64,000 bases of DNA from an uncultured Acidobacteriaceae bacterium (GCA_963752675.1 CAVVZO010000015.1:564906-628905), one strand, 5' to 3'; positions 1 through 11,070 are shown, counted from the first letter of the stretch. Notes: generated by a model from the sequence alone, not told the origin. Translations and numbers: made by a program.

Positions 1-5
1 GATCA

Positions 6-602
6 TCAAAGGCCTAACGGTGTTGCTATCGTGGCATAAGAAATGGCCACGCCTTTGCCGTGCGCCTTGTATTGCCTGGGGGTCATCCCCAGGTTTGCGT
101 CCAGTTGTTCGTAGACGCGGCTGGCCGAGCCGAAACCGGCCTGGTACACAGCTTCTGTCACCGCGGTCCCGCTTCTCAGATCTTCTTTGAATGTTTGCAT
201 GCGAAGCTCCTGAACATATTTTTTCGGCGTGACCCCCAGCGCGGCTTTGAATGTGCGCTGCAGATGAAACGGGCTGAGTTCGAATTGAAGGCTTAGTGCG
301 CTGAGTGTCAGGCGTTCCGGGTCATCCAGGTTTTTGCGTATGTACGCACGGATCTCCGTCGTCCGGTCGCGGGTCACAGCGTTCTTCGCTGCCGCCGGCT
401 TGCAGCGCAAACAGGCGCGTAAGCCATCTGCTTCCGCTTCTGCGACATTAGGGTAGAAGCGCACGTTCGCACGCAGGGGAACGCGCGACGCGCATCCAGG
501 GCGGCAGTAAACCCCGGTAGTCAGTACACCGTAGAAGAACTGGCCATCCTGCGTGATGTCTCTTGCGAGCACTGCCTGCCAGCATGCCTCGGTATCGATC
601 AT
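6..602 (-). CDS. ada: Ada-type methylphosphotriester-DNA methyltransferase / AraC-family regulator, N-terminal part (gene runs off the window start)
   Basis: A Cys4 zinc motif (YCRPGCASR...ACLRCKP) is followed by an AraC-type HTH (SPFHLQRTFK...AVYQAGFGSASRVYEQ). There is no stop before base 1. The ORF ends ...ATPLGL, where an O6-alkylguanine transferase domain usually begins. Confidence 0.8.
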   Translation of the reverse strand: MIDTEACWQAVLARDITQDGQFFYGVLTTGVYCRPGCASRVPLRANVRFYPNVAEAEADGLRACLRCKPAAAKNAVTRDRTTEIRAYIRKNLDDPERLTLSALSLQFELSPFHLQRTFKAALGVTPKKYVQELRMQTFKEDLRSGTAVTEAVYQAGFGSASRVYEQLDANLGMTPRQYKAHGKGVAISYATIATPLGL

Positions 603-652
603 CGAGTAGCTCCTTTAATAGATTAGGCGATATAGATCAGGCGATGCGCACG

Positions 653-1306
653 TTACCGCATCATCTGCGCAACTGGACGGTAGGAAGACTCAGGGATCTC
701 AGCCAGCGTCGAGGTAAACACCTCTTCCCCGAGTCCGTAGAACCGGCAAAAGCTCATGATCAAGGGCCGCCACTTATCAGGATCGACCCTGTTCGCGTGT
801 CCCTCCATCAGCAGCGCCGGATCGATATGCGCCGCGACCACTCTGACCTCAAAGGCAAGAGCCGTGGGGTCTTTGTCAGGGCGAGTCCCAAAGGGCCGGA
901 CTGTTTCCAGGACTGCTTCCAACTGGACGGGGCATTCGACAACGCGGCCCGGCTTTACCGATCTCGAGGGCTCGCTCGTAAGGTCGGCAACGCCCAACTT
1001 GTCTTTCTCATGCCGGTACCCCATGGCTACTTTGTGCGGAGGAATCGGGTCAGAACCAGTCGTTCGCGCCAGCCGGTTGACCGCGGCCACCTGGTAGACG
1101 GATGGCAGGTTAAGCACACATTCTCTCTCACGCAAAAGGTTCTGCGCGGTGTGCCCTTTCGCTCCGAGTCCAAGCATGCAGTTCCAGCCCAGCCACCATG
1201 CCGATGACATAGGCGCAACGTTCAGTGTCGCGTCTTCGTTGAGCGTGCTGATCAGAACGACCGGCGTACCAAAATAGAGGATGGATGGTTCGATGGAGAT
1301 GTGCAT
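653..1306 (-). CDS. Flavin reductase-like (FMN-binding split-barrel) protein
   Basis: 217-aa ORF. The N-terminus YFGTPVVLISTLNEDATLNVAPMSSAW...VLNLPS matches the flavin-reductase family pattern. Confidence 0.65.
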   Translation of the reverse strand: MHISIEPSILYFGTPVVLISTLNEDATLNVAPMSSAWWLGWNCMLGLGAKGHTAQNLLRERECVLNLPSVYQVAAVNRLARTTGSDPIPPHKVAMGYRHEKDKLGVADLTSEPSRSVKPGRVVECPVQLEAVLETVRPFGTRPDKDPTALAFEVRVVAAHIDPALLMEGHANRVDPDKWRPLIMSFCRFYGLGEEVFTSTLAEIPESSYRPVAQMMR

Positions 1307-1393
1307 GAACTCAGTCTGAACGCGGGCTGCGCAGGCTGATATCCGATTCTTGCTGTCTTATTCTTAATGCCTCCGGGCCTGTGTGATAAAGCC

Positions 1394-2098
1394 CTAGTGG
1401 CCGTTGGTAGCGGCCAGAAGCTGGTCCACAAGTTGTCCCAGATCCTGCGCCACCATAGCCGGGGGAGCCGAAATGGGGAGCCATGCTGTGCCGGGTCGCT
1501 GCAGGAACGCTACTGCGCATCCTGCAGCTTTTGCGCCCATCAGGTCCCACGGGTGCGCAGCGATCATCGTCAATTCTGACGTAGCGACCCCGAGCTGCCC
1601 GGCAGCGTACCGGTACACGTCTCCAGCCGGTTTGTACTTCTTTACCGCGTCGACTGAAAACACTCTCTCAAACATCCCGGTCAGGCCGGCGGCTTCAAGC
1701 TGCTCCCTGGCGGCAGCTTCTGCTGAGTTCGTAAGAGCAACGGTGCGGTAGCCGTGTTCGCGTAGCTTCTGCAGGGCCTGGCGCACGTCCGCGTGGGCGG
1801 GGAGAGTTCGCATCGCATGCGCTACCCGCTCCATGTCTTCCTGTTGCAGATGAGCGCCGTGGATCTCTCCCATCATCTGCAGCGCAGCCGCTGCAAGGCG
1901 GCCGAAATCCACATAGTCCCCGGTTTGCGTAACCGTCTGGGAGTACAGCAACATGTGGGCAAACCATTGCTTGAGCACCGCCCCATCGTTGAACAAACGC
2001 TCGAAGTGAGGTTTAAGGGCGTCGATGTCCAGCAAGGTCTGGTTGACATCGAATACGAGAAGGCGGCCTCCCTGGTTTGCAGGGCCTTTCTTCAACAT
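1394..2098 (-). CDS. HAD-superfamily hydrolase, haloacid dehalogenase type II-like
   Basis: The start was trimmed to ATG 2098, which is preceded by AAGGAGG. Motif I is LLVFDVNQTLLD, followed by ALTNS and a C-terminal HPWDLMGAKAAG, which is the HAD II pattern. Confidence 0.75.
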   Translation of the reverse strand: MLKKGPANQGGRLLVFDVNQTLLDIDALKPHFERLFNDGAVLKQWFAHMLLYSQTVTQTGDYVDFGRLAAAALQMMGEIHGAHLQQEDMERVAHAMRTLPAHADVRQALQKLREHGYRTVALTNSAEAAAREQLEAAGLTGMFERVFSVDAVKKYKPAGDVYRYAAGQLGVATSELTMIAAHPWDLMGAKAAGCAVAFLQRPGTAWLPISAPPAMVAQDLGQLVDQLLAATNGH

Positions 2099-2236
2099 TT
2101 CTGCCTCCTTGTCGAGCAGGCGCGCAGTTGCGATTGAGCGAGGTACAGCACTCTCCCATAGATGCGCAGCAGCGGGCGAGCAAAGCTTCAAGTTACCGCT
2201 TGATTGTTTCTTTTGCGTCAGACACAGCACTCGGCA

Positions 2237-3649
2237 TCAGATACGCTGCTGCGCCCAACGGCCGCGGCGGAAGAGTACCAGGCTAATGAGCACAATGACG
2301 GATTGTGCGACAACGACCGAGGCGAAGACCCCGTTAATGCGCATACCGGTGTGCATAGCCAGCCACCAGGCCAAAGGGAGTTCTACTACCCAGAAGCCAA
2401 AGAGATTCACGTAGGTTGGGGTGAGGGTGTCTCCAGCACCGTTAAAGGCCTGCAGTAAGACCATGCCGTAGGCGTACGCGATGTTGCCGCAGCTGAAGAT
2501 GCGCAGACACCGAATAGCAGGGTCCAGGACTGCGGGATCACGGGTGAACAAGCCAATGATGCCCGGGGCGAAGGCGATGAAGATAAGGCCGACGGTGCCA
2601 AGGAACAGCATGTTCCAAAGCCCGGTCCGCCAAACGGCGTCGCGCGCTCGTTGGGGGTGGCCGGCGCCGAGGTTCTGACCAACCAGTGTTGCGGCGGCAT
2701 TGCTGAGCCCCCACGACGGCAGGATGGCGAAGATGACGATGCGGATACCGATGGTGTAAGCGGCCAGCGCTGGCGCGCCGAACAGGCTCACAATGCGCAC
2801 GAGGCCCAGCCAGCTTGCCTGCCCGATGAGGAATTGCAGTATCGCCGCCATGGATACCCGGACGAGCCGCCATAGGACTGTAGTGTGCAGGCGAAGGTGC
2901 CGCCGCAAAATCCGGATGCGTTCCGTGCCTTTGCCCAGACGGTAGAACTGGTAGAGCACCGCGATGCCCCGGCCAGAAAAGGTAGCCAGCGCAGCGCCGG
3001 TGACTCCCAGGCGAGGGAACGGGCCCAGGCCGAAGATGAGGCAGGGGTCCAGAACCAGGTTGAGAATGTTGGAAACCCACAACAGGCGCATGGCAATGGC
3101 CGCATCGCCGGCGCCGCGAAGGATGGCGTTGTTGAGAAACAGCAGCACCACCACCCCCGAGCCGCCGAGCGCGATGCGCGTATAGTTGGCCCCGCCGGCT
3201 ACGATGGCCGGCGTAGCCCCCATGAGAGTGAGCAGGTGGGGCGCCAGGAAAAAGAACGGCAATCCCATCAGGCAGGAAGCACTGAGGCCGAGAAATATGG
3301 CCTGCACGGCAGAGATGGCCGCGCCTTCAGGATCCTTTTCACCGATGCGTCGAGCCACCATAGCAGTAGTGGACATGCCCAGTCCCATGCCGACCGCGAA
3401 GACCAGGGTGAGCACGGACTCGGTGAGACCCACGGTGGCAATCGCGTCGGCCCCAAGACGGCTGACCCAAAAGACATCGACTACGGCAAAGAGGGACTCG
3501 AGCACCATCTCCAACACCATGGGGATGGCAAGCAGAAGGATGGAGCGATTGAGACTGCCCTCGGTGTAGTCCTGATGACTGCCGCGCAGGGCTTCTCGCA
3601 CAGAGTGCCAGAGCGTCGGGTTGGCGGTCGAGGAGATTTTAGGTGGCAT
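2237..3649 (-). CDS. MATE family efflux transporter
   Basis: 470 aa with about 12 hydrophobic segments. The N-terminus SILLLAIPMVLEMVLESLFAVVDVFWVSRLG is typical of NorM/DinF-type MATE proteins. Confidence 0.85.
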   Translation of the reverse strand: MPPKISSTANPTLWHSVREALRGSHQDYTEGSLNRSILLLAIPMVLEMVLESLFAVVDVFWVSRLGADAIATVGLTESVLTLVFAVGMGLGMSTTAMVARRIGEKDPEGAAISAVQAIFLGLSASCLMGLPFFFLAPHLLTLMGATPAIVAGGANYTRIALGGSGVVVLLFLNNAILRGAGDAAIAMRLLWVSNILNLVLDPCLIFGLGPFPRLGVTGAALATFSGRGIAVLYQFYRLGKGTERIRILRRHLRLHTTVLWRLVRVSMAAILQFLIGQASWLGLVRIVSLFGAPALAAYTIGIRIVIFAILPSWGLSNAAATLVGQNLGAGHPQRARDAVWRTGLWNMLFLGTVGLIFIAFAPGIIGLFTRDPAVLDPAIRCLRIFSCGNIAYAYGMVLLQAFNGAGDTLTPTYVNLFGFWVVELPLAWWLAMHTGMRINGVFASVVVAQSVIVLISLVLFRRGRWAQQRI

Positions 3650-3670
3650 GAATTTAAGGGTTGGAGGGGA

Positions 3671-4889
3671 TTAACCGCCGGCAAGAGCGCGGCCGGCTGC
3701 GGCGCCTGAGGCCCAGGCCCACTGGAAGTTGAAGCCACCGAGGTGCCCGGTGACATCCACGACTTCACCGATGAAGTATAGGCCCGGCACTTTGCGGCTC
3801 TCCATGGTGCGTGCGTTCAGCTCATTGGTATCGACGCCTCCGGCGGTGACCTCGGCTTTCTCGTAGCCTTCACTGCCGGCGGGGTAAATCGTCCAGTCGT
3901 GGACTGCCTTTTCTGCCGTCTCGAGCGCCTGGTTGGTGAAGGCAGTGGGAGGGTGCAGCGCCAGCCAGCGATCCCCTAAACGATGCGGCATGACGGAATG
4001 GATGGCATTGCGGACCGCAGCCAGATCACGTTGATTGATTTGGGCGCGCACCGGACTGGTCCAGACCTGGTCTGGCGCCAGGTCGATGGCAACCGGTTCC
4101 CCGGGCTGCCAGTACGACGAAATCTGCAGCACTGCCGGCCCGCTGACGCCCCGATGGGTAAAGAGAAGTTTTTCGCGGAAGCGCGCGCCGCCGGTACGTG
4201 GCAACCACTTCGGTGGAGATGCCCGCGAGCGGCGCGTAGTTCTTGAGATCCTGCGGAGCAAAGGTGAGCGGGACCAGGGCCGGCCGGCACGGCTGCAGCT
4301 TCAAACCAAATTGCTCTGCTACCTGGTAGCCGAATGGCGTTGCGCCCATCTTCGGAATCGAGAGACCACCCGTGGCGACCACCAGCGCGGGAGCGGAGAA
4401 AACACCGCGATCGGTTTCGACGCGGAAGAGATCCTGCTGGTCTGGCCCGCGATCGATGGAGCGTACCGACGTATTCACCAGTGTCTCGACCTGGGCGGCA
4501 GCGCATTCCTTTTCCAGCATAAGAACGATATCCTGCGCGGAACGATCGCAGAACAATTGGCCGAGAGTTTTCTCGTGCCAGGGGATTTGGTGCTGCTCGA
4601 CCAGTGCGAGGAAGTCGGCCGGCGTGTAGCGGGCTAACGCAGACTTGGCAAAGTGAGGATTGGCGGAAAGAAAATTCGCGGCCGTGGTGTGCAGGTTGGT
4701 GAAGTTGCAGCGGCCACCGCCCGAAATGAGGATCTTTTTGCCGACGCGGGGTGCATGGTCGAGCAGCAGGACCCGTTGGCCGCCGCGCCCAGCGTACATG
4801 GCACAGAACAGGCCAGCGGCGCCGGCACCCAGAATGAGCACATCGTAAGAAGATTGGCCGGCAGAGTTGGCCAGCCGGGATACATGCAT
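3671..4889 (-). pseudogene. NAD(P)/FAD-dependent oxidoreductase, HI0933/YhiN (BaiN-like) family, interrupted by one frameshift near 4195-4205
   Basis: The N-terminal half (ORF 4026-5042, real start ATG 4889) has YDVLILGAGAAGLFCA...ISGGGRCNFTN. The C-terminal half is in the +1 frame (ORF 3671-4261) and has LLFTHRGVSGPAVLQISSYW...GEVVDVTGHLGGFNFQWAWASG. The two halves are contiguous parts of one family. Confidence 0.75.
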
Positions 4890-4896
4890 GCCGATA

Positions 4897-5799
4897 CTAA
4901 CCTTTGGCGCGATTGGCCGGTTTGCGGCCGGGGACGCGCTTAGCGGGACGCTTACCAGGTTTGCGCGGCAGGGTGGCCGGTCCAGACCTGGGCCGCCTGG
5001 CGGCCTTTTCTGAAGGCTGCGGCGTCCGCTTGCGGGCAGCACGATGGAGTTGCAAAACCTCGTCTTCTTCCAGCTCCCGCATCTTTCCCGGGGTCACATC
5101 GAGCACCAGCGGGCCGAAACCAACCCGCCGCACTTTCTCCACAAAATGGCCCACTTCTTCAAACATCTTGCGGATCTCGCGGTTCTTGCCTTCGGTCAGA
5201 ATGACCTCGTACCAGGGATTGTCAGTGTCGCGGATGAGCGTGATCCGGGCTGGCTGCGTCATGACGCGCCCTTCCCTTTCTCCGCGGCGGCCGCGCTCAA
5301 TCATTACGCCCCGGCGAAGTTGCTCCAGCGCTGCCTCGGTCGGCTTGCCGCTCACTTTCACCAGGTACGTTTTCTCTACGTTAGAGGCAGCGCTGGTGAG
5401 AATGTTGGCCAGTTCGCCATCGTTGGTCATCAGCAATAAGCCTTCGCTCTGGTAGTCCAGCCGGCCAACGGGAAACACGCGTGCACCGACGCGCTCGAAA
5501 AACTTCATGACGGTCGGGCGGCCTTCCGGGTCAGACACTGTGGTCACCACGCCTTTGGGCTTGTTGAGCATAAAGTAGCGGAACTTTTCGGGCCGCTTGA
5601 GCAGCTTGCCGTCGACGCGAATGTGATCGCGTTCCGGGTCGGCCTTGGAGCCGAGTTCTGTGACGGTTTGGCCGTTGACTTGTACCCTGCCGGAAGTGAT
5701 CAGCTCTTCCGCTTTGCGGCGCGAGGCTAGACCTGCCGCCGCAACAATTTTCTGCAGCCGCTGCTGCTTACCCGGGCCGGTTTGTTCGCTCACACTCAT
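4897..5799 (-). CDS. rluB: 23S rRNA pseudouridine synthase, RluB/RsuA family, with an S4 domain and a basic C-terminal tail
   Basis: S4 motif LQKIVAAAGLASRRKAEELITSGRVQVNG. Catalytic motif PVGRLDYQSEGLLLMTNDG. There is a 4-nt overlap with scpB upstream. Confidence 0.85.
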   Translation of the reverse strand: MSVSEQTGPGKQQRLQKIVAAAGLASRRKAEELITSGRVQVNGQTVTELGSKADPERDHIRVDGKLLKRPEKFRYFMLNKPKGVVTTVSDPEGRPTVMKFFERVGARVFPVGRLDYQSEGLLLMTNDGELANILTSAASNVEKTYLVKVSGKPTEAALEQLRRGVMIERGRRGEREGRVMTQPARITLIRDTDNPWYEVILTEGKNREIRKMFEEVGHFVEKVRRVGFGPLVLDVTPGKMRELEEDEVLQLHRAARKRTPQPSEKAARRPRSGPATLPRKPGKRPAKRVPGRKPANRAKG

Positions 5800-6908
5800 G
5801 GCTCGCTTTCGGTGCCCGGCGTGGTCACCGCTGGGTGTTCTGATGGTGTTTCCGGCTCCGCGGTTTCGTCAGAGGGGACCTGGGGTGCGGCCTCTTCTTC
5901 TGGCTCTGCTTCGGGCGCCACGGATGGGTCTTCTATCGGGGCTTCTTCGTTTGCGGCTTCCGTGACAGCTTCGGTCTCGGTGGCTGCTTCGGTTTGATCC
6001 TCGGTGGCTGCTTCGGTTTGATCCTCGACTACGGCTTCGGCTTCGGTGGCAGCTTCGCCCTCGGTCCCTTTGGTCTCGGTTCCTCCGGTGCTCTCACTCA
6101 TGTGGACCAGCGGCTCAGTGGACGGCGCCAGGGCGTCTTGTGCTTCCCCTTCCGCTTCCGAGTCCGCCAGTTCCCCGGCCATCTTTTCGAACTCTTCCAT
6201 GCTCGGCAGATCGGTGAGATCTTTCAAGCCGAAGCGGAGCAGGAACTCCTTGGTTGTCTTGTAGAGGATGGGCCGGCCTATGACCTGTTTTCTTCCAGCC
6301 GTGCTGATCAGTTTTCGGCTCACCAGGCTGCCCAGCACGCCGCCTGAATCAACGCCGCGGATCTCGCTCACTTCCGGGGCGGTGACCGGCTGTTTGTAGG
6401 CGATGACGGCCAGCGTTTCAAGCGCCTGCAAGGAGAGCTTCATCGGCGGCTTGAGGCTCTTCACAAAGCCGCGCACCGCGTCATGATATTCAGGTTTTGT
6501 CGCCATGCGGTAGCCGCCGGCGATCTCGCGAATCTCCATCCCGCGGTCACTGCCGGCGTAGTCCCGGATGAGCTCTTCGAGCACGCTCTGCACTACCTGG
6601 CGCACCTGGCGGTCGCGCTGGCGAGCTAGCTTTTTTTCGTCAGCCTCGGGATTTTCGGCGGGTATGGTTGCGGCTTCTTCCGCAATGGACTCCGGCAGTG
6701 GCTCGGCTGGGTCTGCGCTGGATGCGGGGTCAGGCGCCATGCCGGCAAGCTCTATCTGCTCCGCGGGCGGCTCGGGTGGGGGTGCTGCTGCGGCTGCTTC
6801 CTCGAGCCCCTGCATCACCTCTTCCGCAAACATGGTGGCGAGCAGGGCCAGGGTGACTGGTTCCTCGGCTGCATAGACGACTGCTTCTAACTTCGCTTTT
6901 AGGCTCAT
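5796..6908 (-). CDS. scpB: Segregation and condensation protein B (ScpB) with acidic insertions and tail
   Basis: N-terminus LEAVVYAAEEPVTLALL. Core GMEIREIAGGYRMATKPEY...LSLQALETLAVIAYKQPVTAPEVSEIRGV...GRPILYKTTKEFLLRFGL. There is an extra ~60-aa acidic insert and a ~120-aa Glu/Thr/Ala-rich tail. Confidence 0.8.
   Translation of the reverse strand: MSLKAKLEAVVYAAEEPVTLALLATMFAEEVMQGLEEAAAAAPPPEPPAEQIELAGMAPDPASSADPAEPLPESIAEEAATIPAENPEADEKKLARQRDRQVRQVVQSVLEELIRDYAGSDRGMEIREIAGGYRMATKPEYHDAVRGFVKSLKPPMKLSLQALETLAVIAYKQPVTAPEVSEIRGVDSGGVLGSLVSRKLISTAGRKQVIGRPILYKTTKEFLLRFGLKDLTDLPSMEEFEKMAGELADSEAEGEAQDALAPSTEPLVHMSESTGGTETKGTEGEAATEAEAVVEDQTEAATEDQTEAATETEAVTEAANEEAPIEDPSVAPEAEPEEEAAPQVPSDETAEPETPSEHPAVTTPGTESEP
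5976..6023. repeat. Perfect 24-bp tandem duplication inside the scpB tail
   Basis: ctcggtggctgcttcggtttgatc occurs twice back to back (5976-5999 and 6000-6023). It encodes the repeated EDQTEAAT. Confidence 0.9.
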
Positions 6909-7050
6909 GGAGGAGGAACGTGTACTGCTTCATAGTATCGAAGCACTTCTATTTTCGCTTGCCTATGCGGCCTGCTGCGCCGCCAAAACGAGCCCGGTGC
7001 CCATACCTCACAACATTTTCTCGGAAGCCGCTGATCAGGCTGCACCTCTG

Positions 7051-10000
7051 TTAGCGGTGCGCATTTCTCCCGCGGCCGGCGCTCGAGCTTTTTGGCGCGG
7101 GATCGACGACCAGGGTAAAGTTCTGCTCGGCTGTAAGTGTGCCGGTCTTTTCATCGACTGCGTGGAAAATGACCGTATATGTATCTGCCGTAGTCCCGGG
7201 GGTGACGGTAGTCGTGCCTCCGGCTCCGCCGGTCCCTGAGCCGTTGCTGCTACCGCCGCCACCCCCACAAGCGACCATTCCCGCAAAGAGGACCACGCAC
7301 AGAATGACCGGAGCGAACGATGACCAGCGGCGCCGAGCCGCAGGCAGCCCAGCAAGCAATACAAGCGCGAGCATGCTGGACGCGGATTTTCCCCACATAT
7401 CGGACCCAGTGCTCGCGTGCGCATTTGCCGTGGTAACACCTCGTTGCGCGTGACTGCCTGGGGAAGTGGTCTGGATGGTGACCGTCTGAAAAGAAGAAGT
7501 CGTCGGAGAAGAATACTGGTCGTTGGTGATCGTCACCTGTGACGGCGCGAAGCTGCAGGTGGGCAAATGGATATCACCTGCGTTGCCGGGTTTGACAATA
7601 CAGCTCAAATCCACTGTTCCGCTAAAGCCGCCGAAGCTGGCAACCCGGATCTGGTCTGTGGTCTGGCCACCCGCGTCAACGACCGTTCGGAAGCTTCCAT
7701 ACACGCCTAGAGAGAGACTGCCCGGTTCCGTTGCCGCAGCCTGCTGTGCACGTAACCGTCACGGGTGCGGACGCTTCGGAGGGGAGGAAGTTGCTGTCAC
7801 CCGCAAACGTCGCGATGATCAGGTTTTGCCCAAGAGTCAACTGTGAGACGTCCACATTGACCAACAGGGTGTCACAAATCAGGTTGCCCGTGGCACACGT
7901 GCCGGGTGAGGGGACGCCACTGCCAAGGAGGGTCTGCGTCGTGGCGTCGGTGACGTTAATCACCCCGCTGGGGAAAATCATCAGTGTGGGTGGATTGAGG
8001 GCAACGGTGGCCGTCACGTCTACCTTTCCGACATTGATGGTGGACACGCTCGAGGAAAGGCCAACGCTGGTTGGCGCTTTGAGCACGGTGAAGGCGATTG
8101 GACCCGCGGAACTGGGGTTGTAACTTGCATCTCCGGCATAAGAGGCCGAGATGGCGTGAGTGCCGGCGCCACACAGCAGGTGAAATTCGGCGTTACCGGA
8201 GGCATCGAGGGAAGCCGCATTATTGATGCAGAAGGGGCTTGCGTCGTCCTGGAAAGTGACTGTGCCGGTTGCGTTGGCAATCGGGCTGGCAGCCGTCAAT
8301 TGCGAGACACCGATGGGCACAGCCCGGGGAATGATAAGGGTGCCCAGCGGCACCGTAGCTCCAGCGACGCTGACCAGCTGCCGGCTTGCATTCACGGTGA
8401 GAACGCTCAGCTGCAAAGTGCTGTCTTCAGGCGAAACCGTGAGAGCAACGCCGGGCGAGGTACTGCCCTGGTACTTACCGTCGCCGGCATAGTTGCCAAA
8501 GAGAGAGTAAGTGCCTCCGGGCAATTGCGTGTAACTACCGCTGCCCGAGCCGTTCACGAGAGTGATCGGCAGCGTGCTCCCCATGCCGGCTGCACCGCTG
8601 ATGAGCGCGATGCTCCCTGTGGCCGCCGCAGGATTCACGGCCGCAGCGACATTCACCAGGCTTCCGTGTTGGAAGGTGCTCTTGTCGACGGTGAGACTTG
8701 TGCTGGTCGCAGCACGCACATCGCTTTGCCAACTGTTCGCCAACAGCGAGACGTCCACGCTGCCCAGGCCTGCGGCCAGGCTATAGCCCTGGTTTGTGTC
8801 GTAGCCGGTCAGAAAGCTGTTGGCGCCGCAGTTCGGACTGCCTGCCGCGCAGTACACAGCGTTATTGCTGGTGGTGGGCTTGTGAAAGACCGCCGGCGTG
8901 GTTTGCGCGAGGTTGTACAAGACCCAATTGGCCTGTCCTAAACGGGTCGAAGCGCCGATCTTCTGATTCACGATGGCGAGCATGGCGGCAAACGCCGGGG
9001 CAGAAGCCGAGGTGCCGCCGAATGCATGTATGGTTTCGTTGCCGCTCTGGCACTCTCCGGGTAAACACACGGCCCAGGCCGCATGGTTTTCACCGCTGCC
9101 GGCAAATAGAGACACATCGGGCAGATCGCGCACACCATCGGTGTTACTGGGCGGATAGCTTTGCTGCCAGAGTGGCTTCGCGTACCCCGCAGGAGTGCCA
9201 CTGCTCCAATCGCCGGAGCTGCTGACGCCGCCGCCGCCCGCGACGATGTTGGCTGCCCCGGATTTGTCTTTAAATACTGTGTTGCCGCTCAGGGGACCAG
9301 TTGTGGCTGTGGAGATGTTCCAGACATTTTCCGGGATGTATTTGACGGCGGTGGTGGGACCGCCGGTGTCAGAAGGATTCACATACGTGGCGAAACTTGT
9401 ATTCAACACGTTGAAGTCTGTGCCACCGACCGCGATACTGAACGGGGTAGAAGCCAGGCCGTTGACAGCGAACCCCTGCGTGGCTGGGTTAGGTAAATTG
9501 AAATCGTCACAACCCGCGGGACCAGCGTCGCCGCTGGAAACGGTCACGGTGATTCCTTGCGCGGCGGCCTGCTCCCAGGTGTTGAAGACCTCCTGATTGC
9601 CAGCCGCGCCCTGGTCTGCTTCACAGCCCTGATAGCTGACGCTCAGGAAGCTGACCGTATTATCGTCAACGGCTCGTAGGGCAGCGAGCAGGATGCCGGG
9701 TTGAAACGTAGTATCGGCAGCGCTGTAAACCGTGATGCGCGCTCCCGGCGCCACAGCCCTTGTGACTTCGGCATCCAGAAGAAACTCCGAGTTATTGGCG
9801 CGGGAATCCAAATTTTCCTGGTTGCCGTCATACACTCCGCCCTCGTTGTACATCGGGAGAGCGAACAGGTTTTCGTAATTGTCCAGCGACGTGAAATCGA
9901 TAACGACGTTTTCTACCAGCCCAATATTAATGCCGGTTCCGTCGAGAGGCGCTTGCCCGGGTGGCCAGTTCTTATTGAAAGAATTAGGCGAGTTATAGAT

Positions 10001-10738
10001 CGTGGCTGCATCGCCCGGGCCGACGAATAAGTAGGAAACCCCATTCGAGCTGATCGTCAAGGAAGGGTTGACCCGCTGGTTGGATGCTTTCCAGGTAGTG
10101 GAGGGCCCGGCACGTAACTGTGGGTGCGGCTTGAAGTCATTGAGACCAGTGATACCGGCAACGACAGGCGCGAGTGCAGACGGGATCATAGGATCGGCAG
10201 CGTTGGCCCAATGCAGCGACCCGTTCCGGTCGTAACGACGGATTTGTGTGTGAAAGGCCCGCTGTACCTGGCCCACGGTCCCGGAAAACTCAATCACTGC
10301 GCGGCCCTTGGCGACCTTGGCTACGGCGAAGCCATAACTTTGCAGCCACTGTTGCAGACGGGCCAGATCTGCATCGGACGCTCCGTAGAGCAGGCCAAAC
10401 TGTTCCGGCGTAACGTACTTGCGAAAGTTGGCGGAACCCGGGGTCTGCACTTCCTTGAGGTAGGTTTGCAGGGCAGCTTCTTGTTCCGGGCTTCGTTTGA
10501 CCACGAGCAGCAGCCGCTCGGCTGCCATCCCCTCTGGAGCTGCTCCGCGATCCTGGGCGGGAAGAGCCGCAGGATGAGTGTTTCCGCGTAAGCTGATCAG
10601 CGAGTGCTCATCGATGGCCTGCGTGATGAGAGGACGGGGAGAGGCCAGTAACTGGCAGACAGCGACTGGCGTTGCGAACAGGAGCGAGAGCGCGAACAAC
10701 CGGGGAACATGGCCGGACCGCAGAGCGGGAGAAAGCAT
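7051..10738 (-). pseudogene. Sedolisin (peptidase S53, pro-kumamolisin-type) with multiple Ig-like repeats, with one frameshift in an (AG)n run near 7709-7717
   Basis: The start was trimmed to ATG 10738, which gives signal peptide MLSPALRSGHVPRLFALSLLFATPVAVC. The pro-domain is SLRGNTHP...YVTPEQFGLLYGASDADL...QQWLQSYGF. The catalytic region is GGTSASAPAFAAMLA. The Ig-like repeat sequence continues seamlessly in the +1 frame (ORF 7051-7704: VYGSFRTVVDAGGQTTDQIRVASFGGFSGTVDLSC). Confidence 0.75.
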
Positions 10739-11070
10739 GCTTCCTACACCCGTCAAACGAATTCTGGCGAGTTTGGGCCCAGGGCCACCGCAAACCACGC
10801 GGGGGCACCCACGGAACAAGGCAGAACCTAAACATCCAAATGAACCAGTGCCGGGAGTCTACCCTGCCATTCTGTCCTTTTCAACGCATTTCGCATACAG
10901 GGAGGGTTTCCGCTTCAACTTTTGTAACATTGACGTTTCGCAAGACCGGCTGGACCGTCATGGAGCGAACTCCGGTTTCTGAAGAGTCGTTAACCTTCTA
11001 TCTAAATGCAGTTGTTCTATCCACACGGTTGCCTAACCCATAAGAGTTGCCTGTTCTTACGCGCTGCTTT

